Below, one piece after another: positions 26,652 to 35,976 of a DNA stretch of 64,000 nucleotides. The notes beneath the pieces are model-generated. The model was not told the origin of the DNA. It made no database searches and saw only the letters and a list, made by a program, of their open reading frames with translations. The stretch lies in contig JBKHKA010000003.1 of assembly GCA_046537845.1 (NCBI GenBank), forward strand, positions 17,871 through 81,870, read 5' to 3'. This stretch comes from Candidatus Aenigmatarchaeota archaeon (GTDB lineage: Archaea; Thermoplasmatota; Thermoplasmata; Halarchaeoplasmatales; Halarchaeoplasmataceae). The first letter of the stretch is position 1. Each line of letters begins with the position of its first letter. The translations under genes and the position numbers were made by a program.

Positions 26652-28733
26652 TTAGTTTTCCATCCTCCGCTTCTTCCGATATATCGTTAATGCGAAGATG
26701 GTGGTCAAGATTAATAGCGCTAACGTGAATCCCGGCGTATCCTTTTCTTCTTCAAACACCGCCGTCACCGTTTTATCTTCGTCCATCGTGACCGTGATCT
26801 CTTCTTCTTCTCCGGAGGCGTCTCCTGTCCATTCTACGAATTCGTAGTCATCAGCTGGCGACGCAGTGAGGGTCACTTCGGTACCTTCTTCGTACTCGTC
26901 TTGATCCGGATCTATCTGCACTTCGCCTTCTCCGTCGACGTCCACCGCCAGTGTGTAATATTCCACTGCTTCCTGGAATACTGCTGTGATGTTCTTGTCT
27001 CCGTCCATCGTTATCGTGGTTTCAGCTTCTTCTGTGTCTTCTATCGTATCTACGTCTCCTGTCCATTCTACGAATTCCCAACCATCCTCTGCCACAGCTG
27101 TTAGTTTTACCTCTGTACCATCTTCGTATTCCTCCTGTTCTGGATCGATATCGACTTCCCCTTCACCTTCTATGTTTACCATGAGTTCATATGGATCCGG
27201 CGACCTCACCGTGACTTCAGAACTATTATCACCCAACTTTATCAAGTAGGTACCGTCCTCTTCGAACCGGTAACTTTCATCCACCGATACGTTCTCTCCT
27301 GTATCTAAACTCCAAGTCTTAAAGGTTTCATGATCGATGTAAAGACTGATGTTCCCTTCAATATCACCTACATTTTCTAGCTCAGCAGTTATATTGACTT
27401 CAAGCGGTTCGAACCCTTCTAACGGCTCGACTTCAAAATCTTCAACTCGGATGTCAAATTCGAGATCTACAGAAAAATCCACCGTGCCTCCGACCAAGTC
27501 TGCATTCACGTTTGAAGCTCTGACTTCGAAACTGTGTGGGTCTGATCGTGAGAACTCAAGATCATACTCAGTCTCTTCACCAACGTCTATCCACTCTCCA
27601 TCATCGAGTCTAATTTCATACTCTAACCGTTCTTCATGTCTGTACCTTCCAGTCCAGTTCACCGTCAATTCTGTATCCTCTATCACGGCTCCGTCTTCAG
27701 GATGCACTATATTGATGTAGGGTATGCTCGGTTCTACCATAGGGTATTCATCGATGAAACCGTGTCCTTCATCGTTCTCATAAGGCGTATCCCAATAACC
27801 GTTCGCCTTCTCCGCATCAGGATACTTCTCTTCGTAATCAGAGTAGTAGTTTCCCATCGACTCGGTTTCGTTGAAATAGTAATTTTCTCCCCTATTGATA
27901 GCTTGTTGATCGTTTTCGATGAAATTGTTGTTGTATATCTGGTTATCTCGTGAGGTCGTAGATCCTGGTTCTACAGCTATATTGAAACCGATATCATTTT
28001 CAAATATCGTATTGTTTTTCACTACATGGTTTACAGAAGCGTAAAGTTCTATTCCTCTTTCATGTCCTGACAGTCTGTTATCGAACAAATAATTATTGTA
28101 ACACCGATGAAAACTAATTCCGGAGTTTTCGTTATTATAAGCTGTGTTTCCCTCAAAAGTATGATTTGCCGAGTTTATTACAGCAATACCTATGCTATTT
28201 TCTTCCAAAATATTGCCTCTGATAGTATTATTAAAAGATCCACTAGGTCTAATTCCATACTCTTCGTTCGATGTTACTACATTATTTTCAACGATATTGT
28301 AGTCGGAAGCCCGGAGGAATATGCCCATCTCAACCCCCTCAACTATGTTACCTTTTATAGATCCATTATAGGTCAGTATCAGATGAACACCATATTGTCC
28401 TCCCTCTAATAGATTGTCTCTGATTATAAAATAATCATCAACTTCATCAATCAATATAGCCTCATTATCCCCTCCGTCTATCCTGTAGCCTTCAATTATA
28501 TAGGGATCTTGCTCTGTTCCACTGCCCGGCCAGCCATTTTCTTCTGACTGATTTGCAAAGTCTTCGTTTCCTTCTATATGGAGCGGTTCTCGTTCCTCGT
28601 ACTCATCATTAACCGCATGTTCAGTTCTATCTAGCTGGGCATTCATATTGCCATCTAAATCTCCTACAGTTGGGCCAATCAACAATAATATAGCGAGGAG
28701 CGACAGAGTTAAACTCATTTTCTTTTTTGTCAT
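26652..28733 (-). CDS. Surface protein: NosD/CASH right-handed beta-helix + Ig-like/CARDB + B-repeat-like stalk + PGF-CTERM
   Basis: Signal peptide; GSGTEQDPYII motif; N-rich beta-helix repeats; GNYYSDY; TPGF + TM + basic tail. Confidence 0.88.
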   Translation of the reverse strand: MTKKKMSLTLSLLAILLLIGPTVGDLDGNMNAQLDRTEHAVNDEYEEREPLHIEGNEDFANQSEENGWPGSGTEQDPYIIEGYRIDGGDNEAILIDEVDDYFIIRDNLLEGGQYGVHLILTYNGSIKGNIVEGVEMGIFLRASDYNIVENNVVTSNEEYGIRPSGSFNNTIRGNILEENSIGIAVINSANHTFEGNTAYNNENSGISFHRCYNNYLFDNRLSGHERGIELYASVNHVVKNNTIFENDIGFNIAVEPGSTTSRDNQIYNNNFIENDQQAINRGENYYFNETESMGNYYSDYEEKYPDAEKANGYWDTPYENDEGHGFIDEYPMVEPSIPYINIVHPEDGAVIEDTELTVNWTGRYRHEERLEYEIRLDDGEWIDVGEETEYDLEFSRSDPHSFEVRASNVNADLVGGTVDFSVDLEFDIRVEDFEVEPLEGFEPLEVNITAELENVGDIEGNISLYIDHETFKTWSLDTGENVSVDESYRFEEDGTYLIKLGDNSSEVTVRSPDPYELMVNIEGEGEVDIDPEQEEYEDGTEVKLTAVAEDGWEFVEWTGDVDTIEDTEEAETTITMDGDKNITAVFQEAVEYYTLAVDVDGEGEVQIDPDQDEYEEGTEVTLTASPADDYEFVEWTGDASGEEEEITVTMDEDKTVTAVFEEEKDTPGFTLALLILTTIFALTIYRKKRRMEN
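26758..27080. repeat. 323-bp perfect dispersed repeat, copy 2
   Basis: Identical to 502-824. Confidence 0.95.
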
Positions 28734-28790
28734 ATTTATATACCTCTTAGGATGTTCTTTTGTTTAAAGGATTTTTCGTAAATTTCCTTC

Positions 28791-28818
28791 AAAGAAAATA
28801 AAAGAAAAATGGGTTTTG
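28791..28818 (-). terminator. Putative terminator motif downstream of the 28857-29888 gene
   Basis: Minus strand aaaacccatttttcttttattttcttt. Confidence 0.35.
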
Positions 28819-28856
28819 GATATAGTTCTTGGTTGTTTTTTTTAACCAAATCAATT

Positions 28857-29888
28857 TTACTCCCCTTCCTTCTCTTCAGATTCATAACGTTCACCAGTTG
28901 GAATGGGATCAGTTCCACCGCCGCCTCCTCCGCCACCACCAGAGGAGCCGTCCTCTAACTCATCCGTAACATCGATATCTAAAGTCCATTCGGCCTCAGT
29001 ATTATCATAATCGATGTGACAGTTATAATCCTCTGCCCATCCGTCTACCTTGATGTTTAAAAGAGATTCTTCGGGATTACCACTATCACCTTCTTCAGGT
29101 ATCAATAAATCTATTTTTTCCCAGAAAGTCATGTATCTTCCATCATACGTATCTTCATCTTCTGTATATTCGACTTTTAGTCTTTCTGCTTGATGGTCAT
29201 GTTCCGCATACCACTCCGGCGGTTCATCATCTTCAGCCCAGGTCCTTATCATATCTATTGCAAGCTGTACCTCATCATGATCGATAGTTTTGCCAACTGC
29301 ATATTCATAGATATTTTCGAAATAAGCCTCTGCTTTGGAGTCATCATTGGGTGCTTGAGCATTTGTCCCGCCTATTTCAAATTCCCAAGCATTTCCGTCC
29401 ATTTGCCGGATTTCATGGCCCAATTTGGTAGTATATTGAGCGCTAAATCCACCGAGATCATAGCCATAGGAACCATTTGGTTGGTAAACTACAAAAGTGA
29501 CTAAAATAGGCCAAACTCGCTTTCCAGTTTGTCCAGCTGGCTCTACTGGTAAATTGGCTTGAACATACGGTCTTACGTGCCCTACTATATCTCTCTCCAG
29601 TCCATATGGCTCAGCATATAAAGGATTCTCATTAAACCTTATCTCTCCCCAGTGTTCACCATCATCAACAACGCCATCACTATTTCTAATACTCCATTTA
29701 GCACTATCTTCGTGCACTTGTGTATAGACAATGGTATGGGCATTCCAATAGTATTTTCCGTCTTCATTTATCCCGTCATACGCTTGAGCTCCTGGCACTA
29801 ACACTCCAATCACTAAACAAAGCACGGCTAGAATGCCAAAGCTCTGCAGGGCCCTCCATTTAATATTTTTCTTTTTTTTGTTTTTCAT
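28857..29888 (-). CDS. Secreted hypothetical protein with poly-Gly C-terminal linker
   Basis: Basic N-terminus and hydrophobic signal from MKNKKKK (ATG 29888); AQA cleavage site; SSGGGGGGGG near the C-terminus; visibly AT-richer than neighbours. Confidence 0.7.
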   Translation of the reverse strand: MKNKKKKNIKWRALQSFGILAVLCLVIGVLVPGAQAYDGINEDGKYYWNAHTIVYTQVHEDSAKWSIRNSDGVVDDGEHWGEIRFNENPLYAEPYGLERDIVGHVRPYVQANLPVEPAGQTGKRVWPILVTFVVYQPNGSYGYDLGGFSAQYTTKLGHEIRQMDGNAWEFEIGGTNAQAPNDDSKAEAYFENIYEYAVGKTIDHDEVQLAIDMIRTWAEDDEPPEWYAEHDHQAERLKVEYTEDEDTYDGRYMTFWEKIDLLIPEEGDSGNPEESLLNIKVDGWAEDYNCHIDYDNTEAEWTLDIDVTDELEDGSSGGGGGGGGGTDPIPTGERYESEEKEGE

Positions 29889-30086
29889 TGCGTCTAAACG
29901 TCTAAACACCTCGCAACACATAATGTCAAACATATATATATATCTCGGTCCATATATGTGTATTTAATCAATTTACTATATAAACGAACGGTAATACCCC
30001 TCAATTTTTTCATTTGCCCCGAAATTAATGGACACGGGGGAAAGATTATAGACGCGGTCGATATTTCAAAAACAGGTGTTTTACCC

Positions 30087-31082
30087 ATGAATGTCCTACA
30101 TCTCGACCCTTTCAAAAGTATCTTCGACGAGGAGGAAGAAGAGAATTTAGCTGACTTGGTGCCTCCTGACATCGAAGTGGAGGAGGCCACCGCGGACGAG
30201 GAAGAAGAGATGCTCGACGAGGCTCACCGATATGACGCTGTGATAGGCTCTAGGATCTCCAGAGAATTTTTAGAGAGAGCTGAAAACCTAAAATATTTCA
30301 TCGTGCCTTTCGTCGGCATACCGTATTCGGACAAAAAGAAGCTGCGCGACTTTCCAGAGATAGAGGTGGTCAATTCCCACTTCAACTACTGGATGGTGGC
30401 GGAGCACGCCTTCACACTGCTTCTTGCGAGTGCAAAAAAGATAGTGCCTATACATCAAAGTTTAAAAGACGGAGATTGGACCCCGAGATATGAAGATGAG
30501 TGGGGGAAGGGATTGAGGGACAAGACCCTGCTTATCCTGGGCTTCGGGCACATAGGGAAAGAGATCGCGAGGATAGCTAGTTCGTTCAACATGGAGATCA
30601 AGGCGGTGAAACGCACACCCGAAGAAAGCGAGCTGGCAGACGAAATTGGCACCAGAAAGGACCTGCCTGGATTCCTGAAAGAAGCGGATTTCATCGTTAG
30701 TACGCTTCCAGAAACGGACGAGACCAGGGGTTACCTGTCAAAAGAAGAATTCGAGCAGATGAAAGAGGGGGTCCACATCGTGAACGTGGGCAGAGGCCCC
30801 GTGATCGACGAGGAGGCTCTCTACGAAGCCCTGAGATCCGGTAAGGTGGAAGGTGCGGGACTAGACGTCTGGTGGAACTATCCGCCGGATGAAGGATCCA
30901 GAACCGATACGTTCCCATCCAACTATCCTTTGGACGAATTCGACAACGTGGTCTTCAGCCCCCATAGAGCTACCCAGATACGGGAGAGAAGCAGATACAG
31001 GATAAGAGACCTCGCTGAGATATTGGAGTCGCTGTCAGAGGGAGAAAAAGTGAACGTAGTCGATATAGAGAGAGGTTATTGA
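30087..31082 (+). CDS. D-isomer-specific 2-hydroxyacid dehydrogenase
   Basis: VAEHA, ILGFGHIG, LPETDET, VNVGRG, GLDVWW, SPH motifs; likely start MNVLHL at 30087. Confidence 0.9.
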   Translation: MNVLHLDPFKSIFDEEEEENLADLVPPDIEVEEATADEEEEMLDEAHRYDAVIGSRISREFLERAENLKYFIVPFVGIPYSDKKKLRDFPEIEVVNSHFNYWMVAEHAFTLLLASAKKIVPIHQSLKDGDWTPRYEDEWGKGLRDKTLLILGFGHIGKEIARIASSFNMEIKAVKRTPEESELADEIGTRKDLPGFLKEADFIVSTLPETDETRGYLSKEEFEQMKEGVHIVNVGRGPVIDEEALYEALRSGKVEGAGLDVWWNYPPDEGSRTDTFPSNYPLDEFDNVVFSPHRATQIRERSRYRIRDLAEILESLSEGEKVNVVDIERGY

Positions 31083-31104
31083 GAAGCGGTAGAATTTCCA
31101 TCTG

Positions 31105-31746
31105 TTATGATCCCACAAACTTCACCGTGACCTCTTCCACATCCCAACGGGGTTCAAGTTTTTCCTTGATATCTTCTTTCACGGCAGAGGCGAACTGATG
31201 GTCTTCTTCTAGATCAACTTCGATCGATATATTCCCATCTTCAACCTCGATATCATGGATAAGCTCCGTCTGTATCACGTCAACGCCAGTCATAGGATTC
31301 ATCACGTGTTTCAATCGCTCTTTGACCACTTCGACAGTCGTCTCTTTTTGTTCCTCTCCAATACCGTGTCGCTCTTCATAATTCCGGATGGCTTCTCTCA
31401 AAGCGTCGACAGCTAGAACAGAACAGTGAGTCTTCAGATCAGGAAGACCTCCGAGCTCTTCAGCGGCTTCCTGCCAACTTATCTCTTTCGCTTCATCTAT
31501 AGTCTTTCCCTTCGCCATCTCAGTTATGATCGAACCAGTAGCTATGTTAGAAGCGCATCCATAGGATTTGAATTTTATGTCTGTTATCTTTTTCGTCTCG
31601 TCATCCACCTTGAGATAAAGCGAGACCATATCTCCACAAGCTGGACTGCCTTCTTTTGCGTAACCATCCGGATCTTCTATTTCTCCAACGTTCTTCGGGT
31701 TTTGAAAGTATTCTATAACCTTTTCGGTATATGGTGCATTCGCCAT
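31105..31746 (-). CDS. iscU: Fe-S scaffold IscU/NifU-N fused to a C-terminal DUF59 (SufT/MIP18-like) domain
   Basis: NPKNVG, GSPACGD, YGCAS, KTHC (three scaffold Cys); C-terminal 75 aa with a DUF59-like pattern. Confidence 0.9.
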   Translation of the reverse strand: MANAPYTEKVIEYFQNPKNVGEIEDPDGYAKEGSPACGDMVSLYLKVDDETKKITDIKFKSYGCASNIATGSIITEMAKGKTIDEAKEISWQEAAEELGGLPDLKTHCSVLAVDALREAIRNYEERHGIGEEQKETTVEVVKERLKHVMNPMTGVDVIQTELIHDIEVEDGNISIEVDLEEDHQFASAVKEDIKEKLEPRWDVEEVTVKFVGS

Positions 31747-31748
31747 TA

Positions 31749-32930
31749 TTATTCCTCCTCTTCTTCGCCCAAGGGGCTTATATCTCTCAATTTTTGTATG
31801 ATATCGGAGGTCGCTTCCACTACCTCCTCAACCTCATCTTCAGTATTGAATCTACCGAAGGTGAATCTGACCGAGCCGTGGGCTCTTTCATGGTCGCCTC
31901 CGATACCCATTATCACGTGGCTCGCCTCTAAAGATTTGCTGAAACATGCAGATCCTGTACTCACCGCGATACCTCGCATGTCTAAATGTAACGTGATAGA
32001 TTCTCCTTCCACGTAATGGAACGTGATGTTTGCATTTTGAGGTGTTCTATCCTCTTCGGGTCCGTTCAATATTATATCTGGAACCTCGTCTTTCATCCTT
32101 TCGATCAATCTATCCCTCATATCTTTTATACGCTCGTTTTCTTCTTCGCCGATGAGTTCCACGGCCTTAGCGAATCCTACCGCAGCGGGTATATTCTCAA
32201 CGCCCGCTCTCAGATTATCCTCCTGGAAACCGCCGTCCATCTGCTTTTTCAAAGGTGTGCCTTCTCTGATGTAAAGACCGCCTATGCCTCTCGGTCCGTG
32301 GATAGTGTGGGCGGAGAGCGTGATAAGATCTGCGGGAACCTCCTTCACGTCGATTGGAACTCTTCCAAAAGGGTGAGTGGCATCCATATGATACACAACA
32401 TCGTTCTCCTCGCAGATATCCGCTATCTTCTTTACATCCTGTAAAGTGCCTATCTCCTGATTTCCGTGTTGGATCGAAACCAGGATCGTCTCTTCATTTA
32501 TCGAGTCCTTCAGCTGGTCTAGGTCCACGAAACCTTTTCCGTCGACATCCAAGCGCGTCAGGTCAAAACCTTTCTTCTCTAGAGCTTTTGCGGTATTGAG
32601 AACGGGAAAGTCCTCGATATCAGATATGATGATGTGGTTACCTTGATCTTCCATTTTTTCAACTACGCCTTTCAGTGCAAGGTTGCTAGATTCGGTTGCG
32701 CAGGATGTGAAGATGAGTTCTTCTGAAGAAGCGCCGAGCTCTTCGGCTATCGTTTCTCGGGCGTCGTTCAAAGCTTCCTTGGCCTCCACGCCCATGCTGT
32801 ATGCGAAATCGGAAGTAGCTACTGCAAAGTTATCCAGCATGTAGGGCTTCATGGCCTCGAACACTTCCTCGTCCATCTTCGAACTCGCGGCGTTATCTAG
32901 ATAGATTATTTCATCCTTCATCTTTCTCAC
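31749..32930 (-). CDS. iscS: IscS/NifS-family protein lacking the PLP-binding lysine (probable non-catalytic desulfurase homolog)
   Basis: IscS fold motifs (YLDNAA, FTSCATES, NQEIGT, STGSAC, SVRF) but SAHT instead of SxHK, EDF instead of EH, DATH instead of DAxQ, RAGV instead of RxGT. Confidence 0.88.
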   Translation of the reverse strand: MRKMKDEIIYLDNAASSKMDEEVFEAMKPYMLDNFAVATSDFAYSMGVEAKEALNDARETIAEELGASSEELIFTSCATESSNLALKGVVEKMEDQGNHIIISDIEDFPVLNTAKALEKKGFDLTRLDVDGKGFVDLDQLKDSINEETILVSIQHGNQEIGTLQDVKKIADICEENDVVYHMDATHPFGRVPIDVKEVPADLITLSAHTIHGPRGIGGLYIREGTPLKKQMDGGFQEDNLRAGVENIPAAVGFAKAVELIGEEENERIKDMRDRLIERMKDEVPDIILNGPEEDRTPQNANITFHYVEGESITLHLDMRGIAVSTGSACFSKSLEASHVIMGIGGDHERAHGSVRFTFGRFNTEDEVEEVVEATSDIIQKLRDISPLGEEEEE

Positions 32931-32932
32931 CT

Positions 32933-33367
32933 CTATATGAACATGGTCACGTCGGATTCCTTAGCCTCTTTAACATAAGTTCCTACGGCGCAGTAATCCG
33001 TTATTACGTCGTCTCTTAAATCTTCTTTGTTTACCCCCATGATATCCATGGTCATGTCGCATGCCAATATCTTCCCTCCCAGCTCGTTAAAATCTTCTAT
33101 AAGATCGTCCATCTCCCTGACGTTGGACTTCTTCAGCTTTCTTTTCATCATCCACTTCCCCAACCCTAAAAAGTTCATCCTCGATAAAGGGCCTTTATCC
33201 AGTTCGTTCTTTTTCAACCGTTCCAGACCCCAAAATGTGAAGTACATGGAGACCTCCATGCCCATCGAAAGGGCTCCAGTCCCGATTATCAGCGCGCTGT
33301 AGACCTTATCGAACTCTCCGCTGTGCACGATTATAGTGGCTTTCGACGGGCCTTCATCTTCGACCAA
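32933..33367 (-). CDS. DsrE/DsrF/DrsH-like sulfur-carrier protein
   Basis: HSGEFDKVYSALII, MYFTFWGL, ACDMTMDIMG (conserved Cys), VGTYV. Confidence 0.88.
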   Translation of the reverse strand: MVEDEGPSKATIIVHSGEFDKVYSALIIGTGALSMGMEVSMYFTFWGLERLKKNELDKGPLSRMNFLGLGKWMMKRKLKKSNVREMDDLIEDFNELGGKILACDMTMDIMGVNKEDLRDDVITDYCAVGTYVKEAKESDVTMFI

Positions 33368-33368
33368 G

Positions 33369-33605
33369 TCATCCCTCCTCCGGTATCTTTATCCTTATGT
33401 TCCAATCGTCTCCTTCTTCGTCTACACCCAAAAGTTCTAAATCCAACTCCTCCACCGCCATGGGTATCTCTTTTTTGGATTCGGGATGGTTCCCTCTGAC
33501 CTCTATTATATCACCGGGGGAAGCTTTCCGTATAGCTTTCCTCGTCTCAACTAATGGAACTGGACACGTCTCTCCCATCACATCGAGTTTTTTTGTCTCC
33601 GACAT
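33369..33605 (-). CDS. tusA: TusA/SirA family sulfur carrier
   Basis: LDVMGETCPVP motif; ATG 33605 downstream of a GGAAGTGAG purine-rich stretch. Confidence 0.9.
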   Translation of the reverse strand: MSETKKLDVMGETCPVPLVETRKAIRKASPGDIIEVRGNHPESKKEIPMAVEELDLELLGVDEEGDDWNIRIKIPEEG

Positions 33606-33745
33606 CCTCTCACTTCCTTCTCCGAGGATACATGACATAATGCCGTAATAATCTTTTTGGAATGGTTCGAGCGTATAAGCATGATGAGACCAAAAAACTA
33701 TTTAGTTTCATGTGGTTACCAAATCTCACTAGAGGTGGAGTTTGG

Positions 33746-35104
33746 ATGGATGATAAGACATATAAGATATCTGCTGGGATCAAAGAAAAGATAGAGGATT
33801 TCATAGCAGGGTGGATGAGCGAAAACAAAGTACCGGGCATGAGCGTTGCGGTCGTTAAAGGAGACGAAAAGATATACGCTAGAGGTTTTGGAGCAAGAGA
33901 TCTTAAAGACAATATCCCCGCGACCCCGGACACTTTATACGGCATGGCTTCCGTGACCAAATCTTTCACCGCACTGGCGATACTCAAACTGGTGGAGAGA
34001 GGTGAAGTGGATTTGAAGGATAAAATAACCGATTACGTGCCGACGAAGTGGGACAACGACGTGACCATCTTCAACCTGTTGACGCACTCTTCCGGCATGC
34101 CTTCTTTAGGAGTGAGCGAAGCTTTGATAGACAGGTTGATAGAGATGGACGAGCGCGGCTTAGCTCTCAGCGATCTAGAAGATTTTTATACGCATCTCAA
34201 CGGCGCAAAAGATGAGATAGCTGCAAAACCCGGTGAGGAGTTCTTCTACTTCAATTCCGGTTACGCATTACTGGGGCAGATAATAGAAAAAGTGAGTGGA
34301 AAAGATTTCCCTGAATTCATCCGCAAAGAGATCTTCGAACCTCTAGAGATGGAAAGGTCGAGATTCGATTATGATGAAAACGAAGGAGACATCATGACGT
34401 CCTACTTCATGGGAGAAGAAAAACCGGAAAAGACACCTTATCCTTTACGAGAACTCGGCCATCCTGGCGGAGGCCTACTGAGTTCGGCCAAGGAACTCGC
34501 TAATTACCTGACGATGCACATGAACAAAGGAGAATTCAAAGGTGAACAGCTCATCGATCCTGAACTTTTGGATAAGGCACATCATCCACACATCACTAGA
34601 GAAGTGGGCGACTACGGCTTCGGCTGGGCCGTCAAGGATCTCGAAGGCGAAAAGTTCGTAGGCCATGGCGGTTCCATAGCCGTCTCCGGTGGCTTCATAG
34701 GCTTCGCAGGAGATATCGGTGTCGCTGTTTGCGCCAACACCATACCGGGCAGTTCCTACGAAGAAGTCGCAAAATGGATAATCAAGGAAGTGAAAGGTGA
34801 AGACGGAAACGAGTTGACCTACTTCAAAAGAAAGGAAAGGATGGACGAATTGACAGGCACCTACAGATCGTACAGAGGCATAAAAGAGATGGAGATCGAG
34901 AAAGAATGTGGATTGTTGAAGCTGACGGTAAAAGAGAGGCTGGAGAGTACGAAGGTCATACTGATACCCGAGAGTAAAAAGATAGACGATCACAAGTTCT
35001 ACTATCTAGACGGTAACGGGGAAAAGAACCCGGTTAGATTCGAAGTCGAAGACGACGGTATAGACCTCTTCATAGGTAGATGGCGTCTCCACAAGAAGAA
35101 CTGA
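33746..35104 (+). CDS. S12 serine hydrolase (beta-lactamase-like, Pab87-type peptidase)
   Basis: SVTK (SxxK), LLTHSSG, YFN (YxN), HGG motifs; C-terminal beta domain; RBS GAGGTGG before ATG 33746. Confidence 0.88.
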   Translation: MDDKTYKISAGIKEKIEDFIAGWMSENKVPGMSVAVVKGDEKIYARGFGARDLKDNIPATPDTLYGMASVTKSFTALAILKLVERGEVDLKDKITDYVPTKWDNDVTIFNLLTHSSGMPSLGVSEALIDRLIEMDERGLALSDLEDFYTHLNGAKDEIAAKPGEEFFYFNSGYALLGQIIEKVSGKDFPEFIRKEIFEPLEMERSRFDYDENEGDIMTSYFMGEEKPEKTPYPLRELGHPGGGLLSSAKELANYLTMHMNKGEFKGEQLIDPELLDKAHHPHITREVGDYGFGWAVKDLEGEKFVGHGGSIAVSGGFIGFAGDIGVAVCANTIPGSSYEEVAKWIIKEVKGEDGNELTYFKRKERMDELTGTYRSYRGIKEMEIEKECGLLKLTVKERLESTKVILIPESKKIDDHKFYYLDGNGEKNPVRFEVEDDGIDLFIGRWRLHKKN

Positions 35105-35113
35105 GGAAGAAAG

Positions 35114-35920
35114 ATGAAAAAGATCCCAGTCGCGTTGACCATAGCGGGTTCCGACTCCGGTGGAGGCGCAGGGATAGAGGCAGACCTCAAGACCTTCAGC
35201 GCCTTCGGAGTCTACGGTACAGTGGTTATAACTTCGGTGACTGCCCAGAATACTAGAGAGGTAAAAGCAGTTCACGACATACCCGCGGAGATAGTCGGAG
35301 AACAGATCGATGCAGTTATGGAAGACATCTCCGTGAACGCGGTAAAGACGGGCATGCTTTCCAACTCGGATATAATAGAAGTGGTTGCACAAAAGATAGA
35401 CGAATACGACCTTTCAGTTGTAGTGGATCCCGTCATGGTCACCAAGTCTGGAGATCGATTGATAAAAGATGAAGCGATAAAGCTGTATATCGATAAGATG
35501 GTTCCCCGTTCCATGATCCTCACGCCCAATATAAGGGAGGCGGAAGAGCTTACCGGCATGGAGATAAGCTCCGTAGATGATATGAAGAAAAGCGCACGGA
35601 ACCTTCACAAGATGGGAGCCAAAAACCTGGTCGTAAAAGCCGGTGAAACGGGAGAAAAAGTCGTAGATATCTTTTACGACGGAAAAAGATTTCAAGAGAT
35701 ATACGGAGAAAAGTTCACATCTCACAAACACGGTACCGGCTGCACCTTTTCTTCAGCTATAACCGCCAATCTTGCAATGGATAAATCCATAGGGATATCT
35801 GTGAAGATCGGCAAAAAGTTCATCGACGATGCTATAAAGAACGGTCTAGATATAGGAGAAGGAGAACAGCCCGTAGACCACATGGTATGGTCAAGAAAAA
35901 CTAGAGCCTACAAAAAGTGA
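35114..35920 (+). CDS. thiD: Hydroxymethylpyrimidine/phosphomethylpyrimidine kinase
   Basis: [39 protein letters not shown] motifs. Confidence 0.95.
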   Translation: MKKIPVALTIAGSDSGGGAGIEADLKTFSAFGVYGTVVITSVTAQNTREVKAVHDIPAEIVGEQIDAVMEDISVNAVKTGMLSNSDIIEVVAQKIDEYDLSVVVDPVMVTKSGDRLIKDEAIKLYIDKMVPRSMILTPNIREAEELTGMEISSVDDMKKSARNLHKMGAKNLVVKAGETGEKVVDIFYDGKRFQEIYGEKFTSHKHGTGCTFSSAITANLAMDKSIGISVKIGKKFIDDAIKNGLDIGEGEQPVDHMVWSRKTRAYKK

Positions 35921-35976
35921 GCTCTTTCAGGGATAAATACTTATTAGGCTAAGAAGCACTCTTACGGTAGATATTT

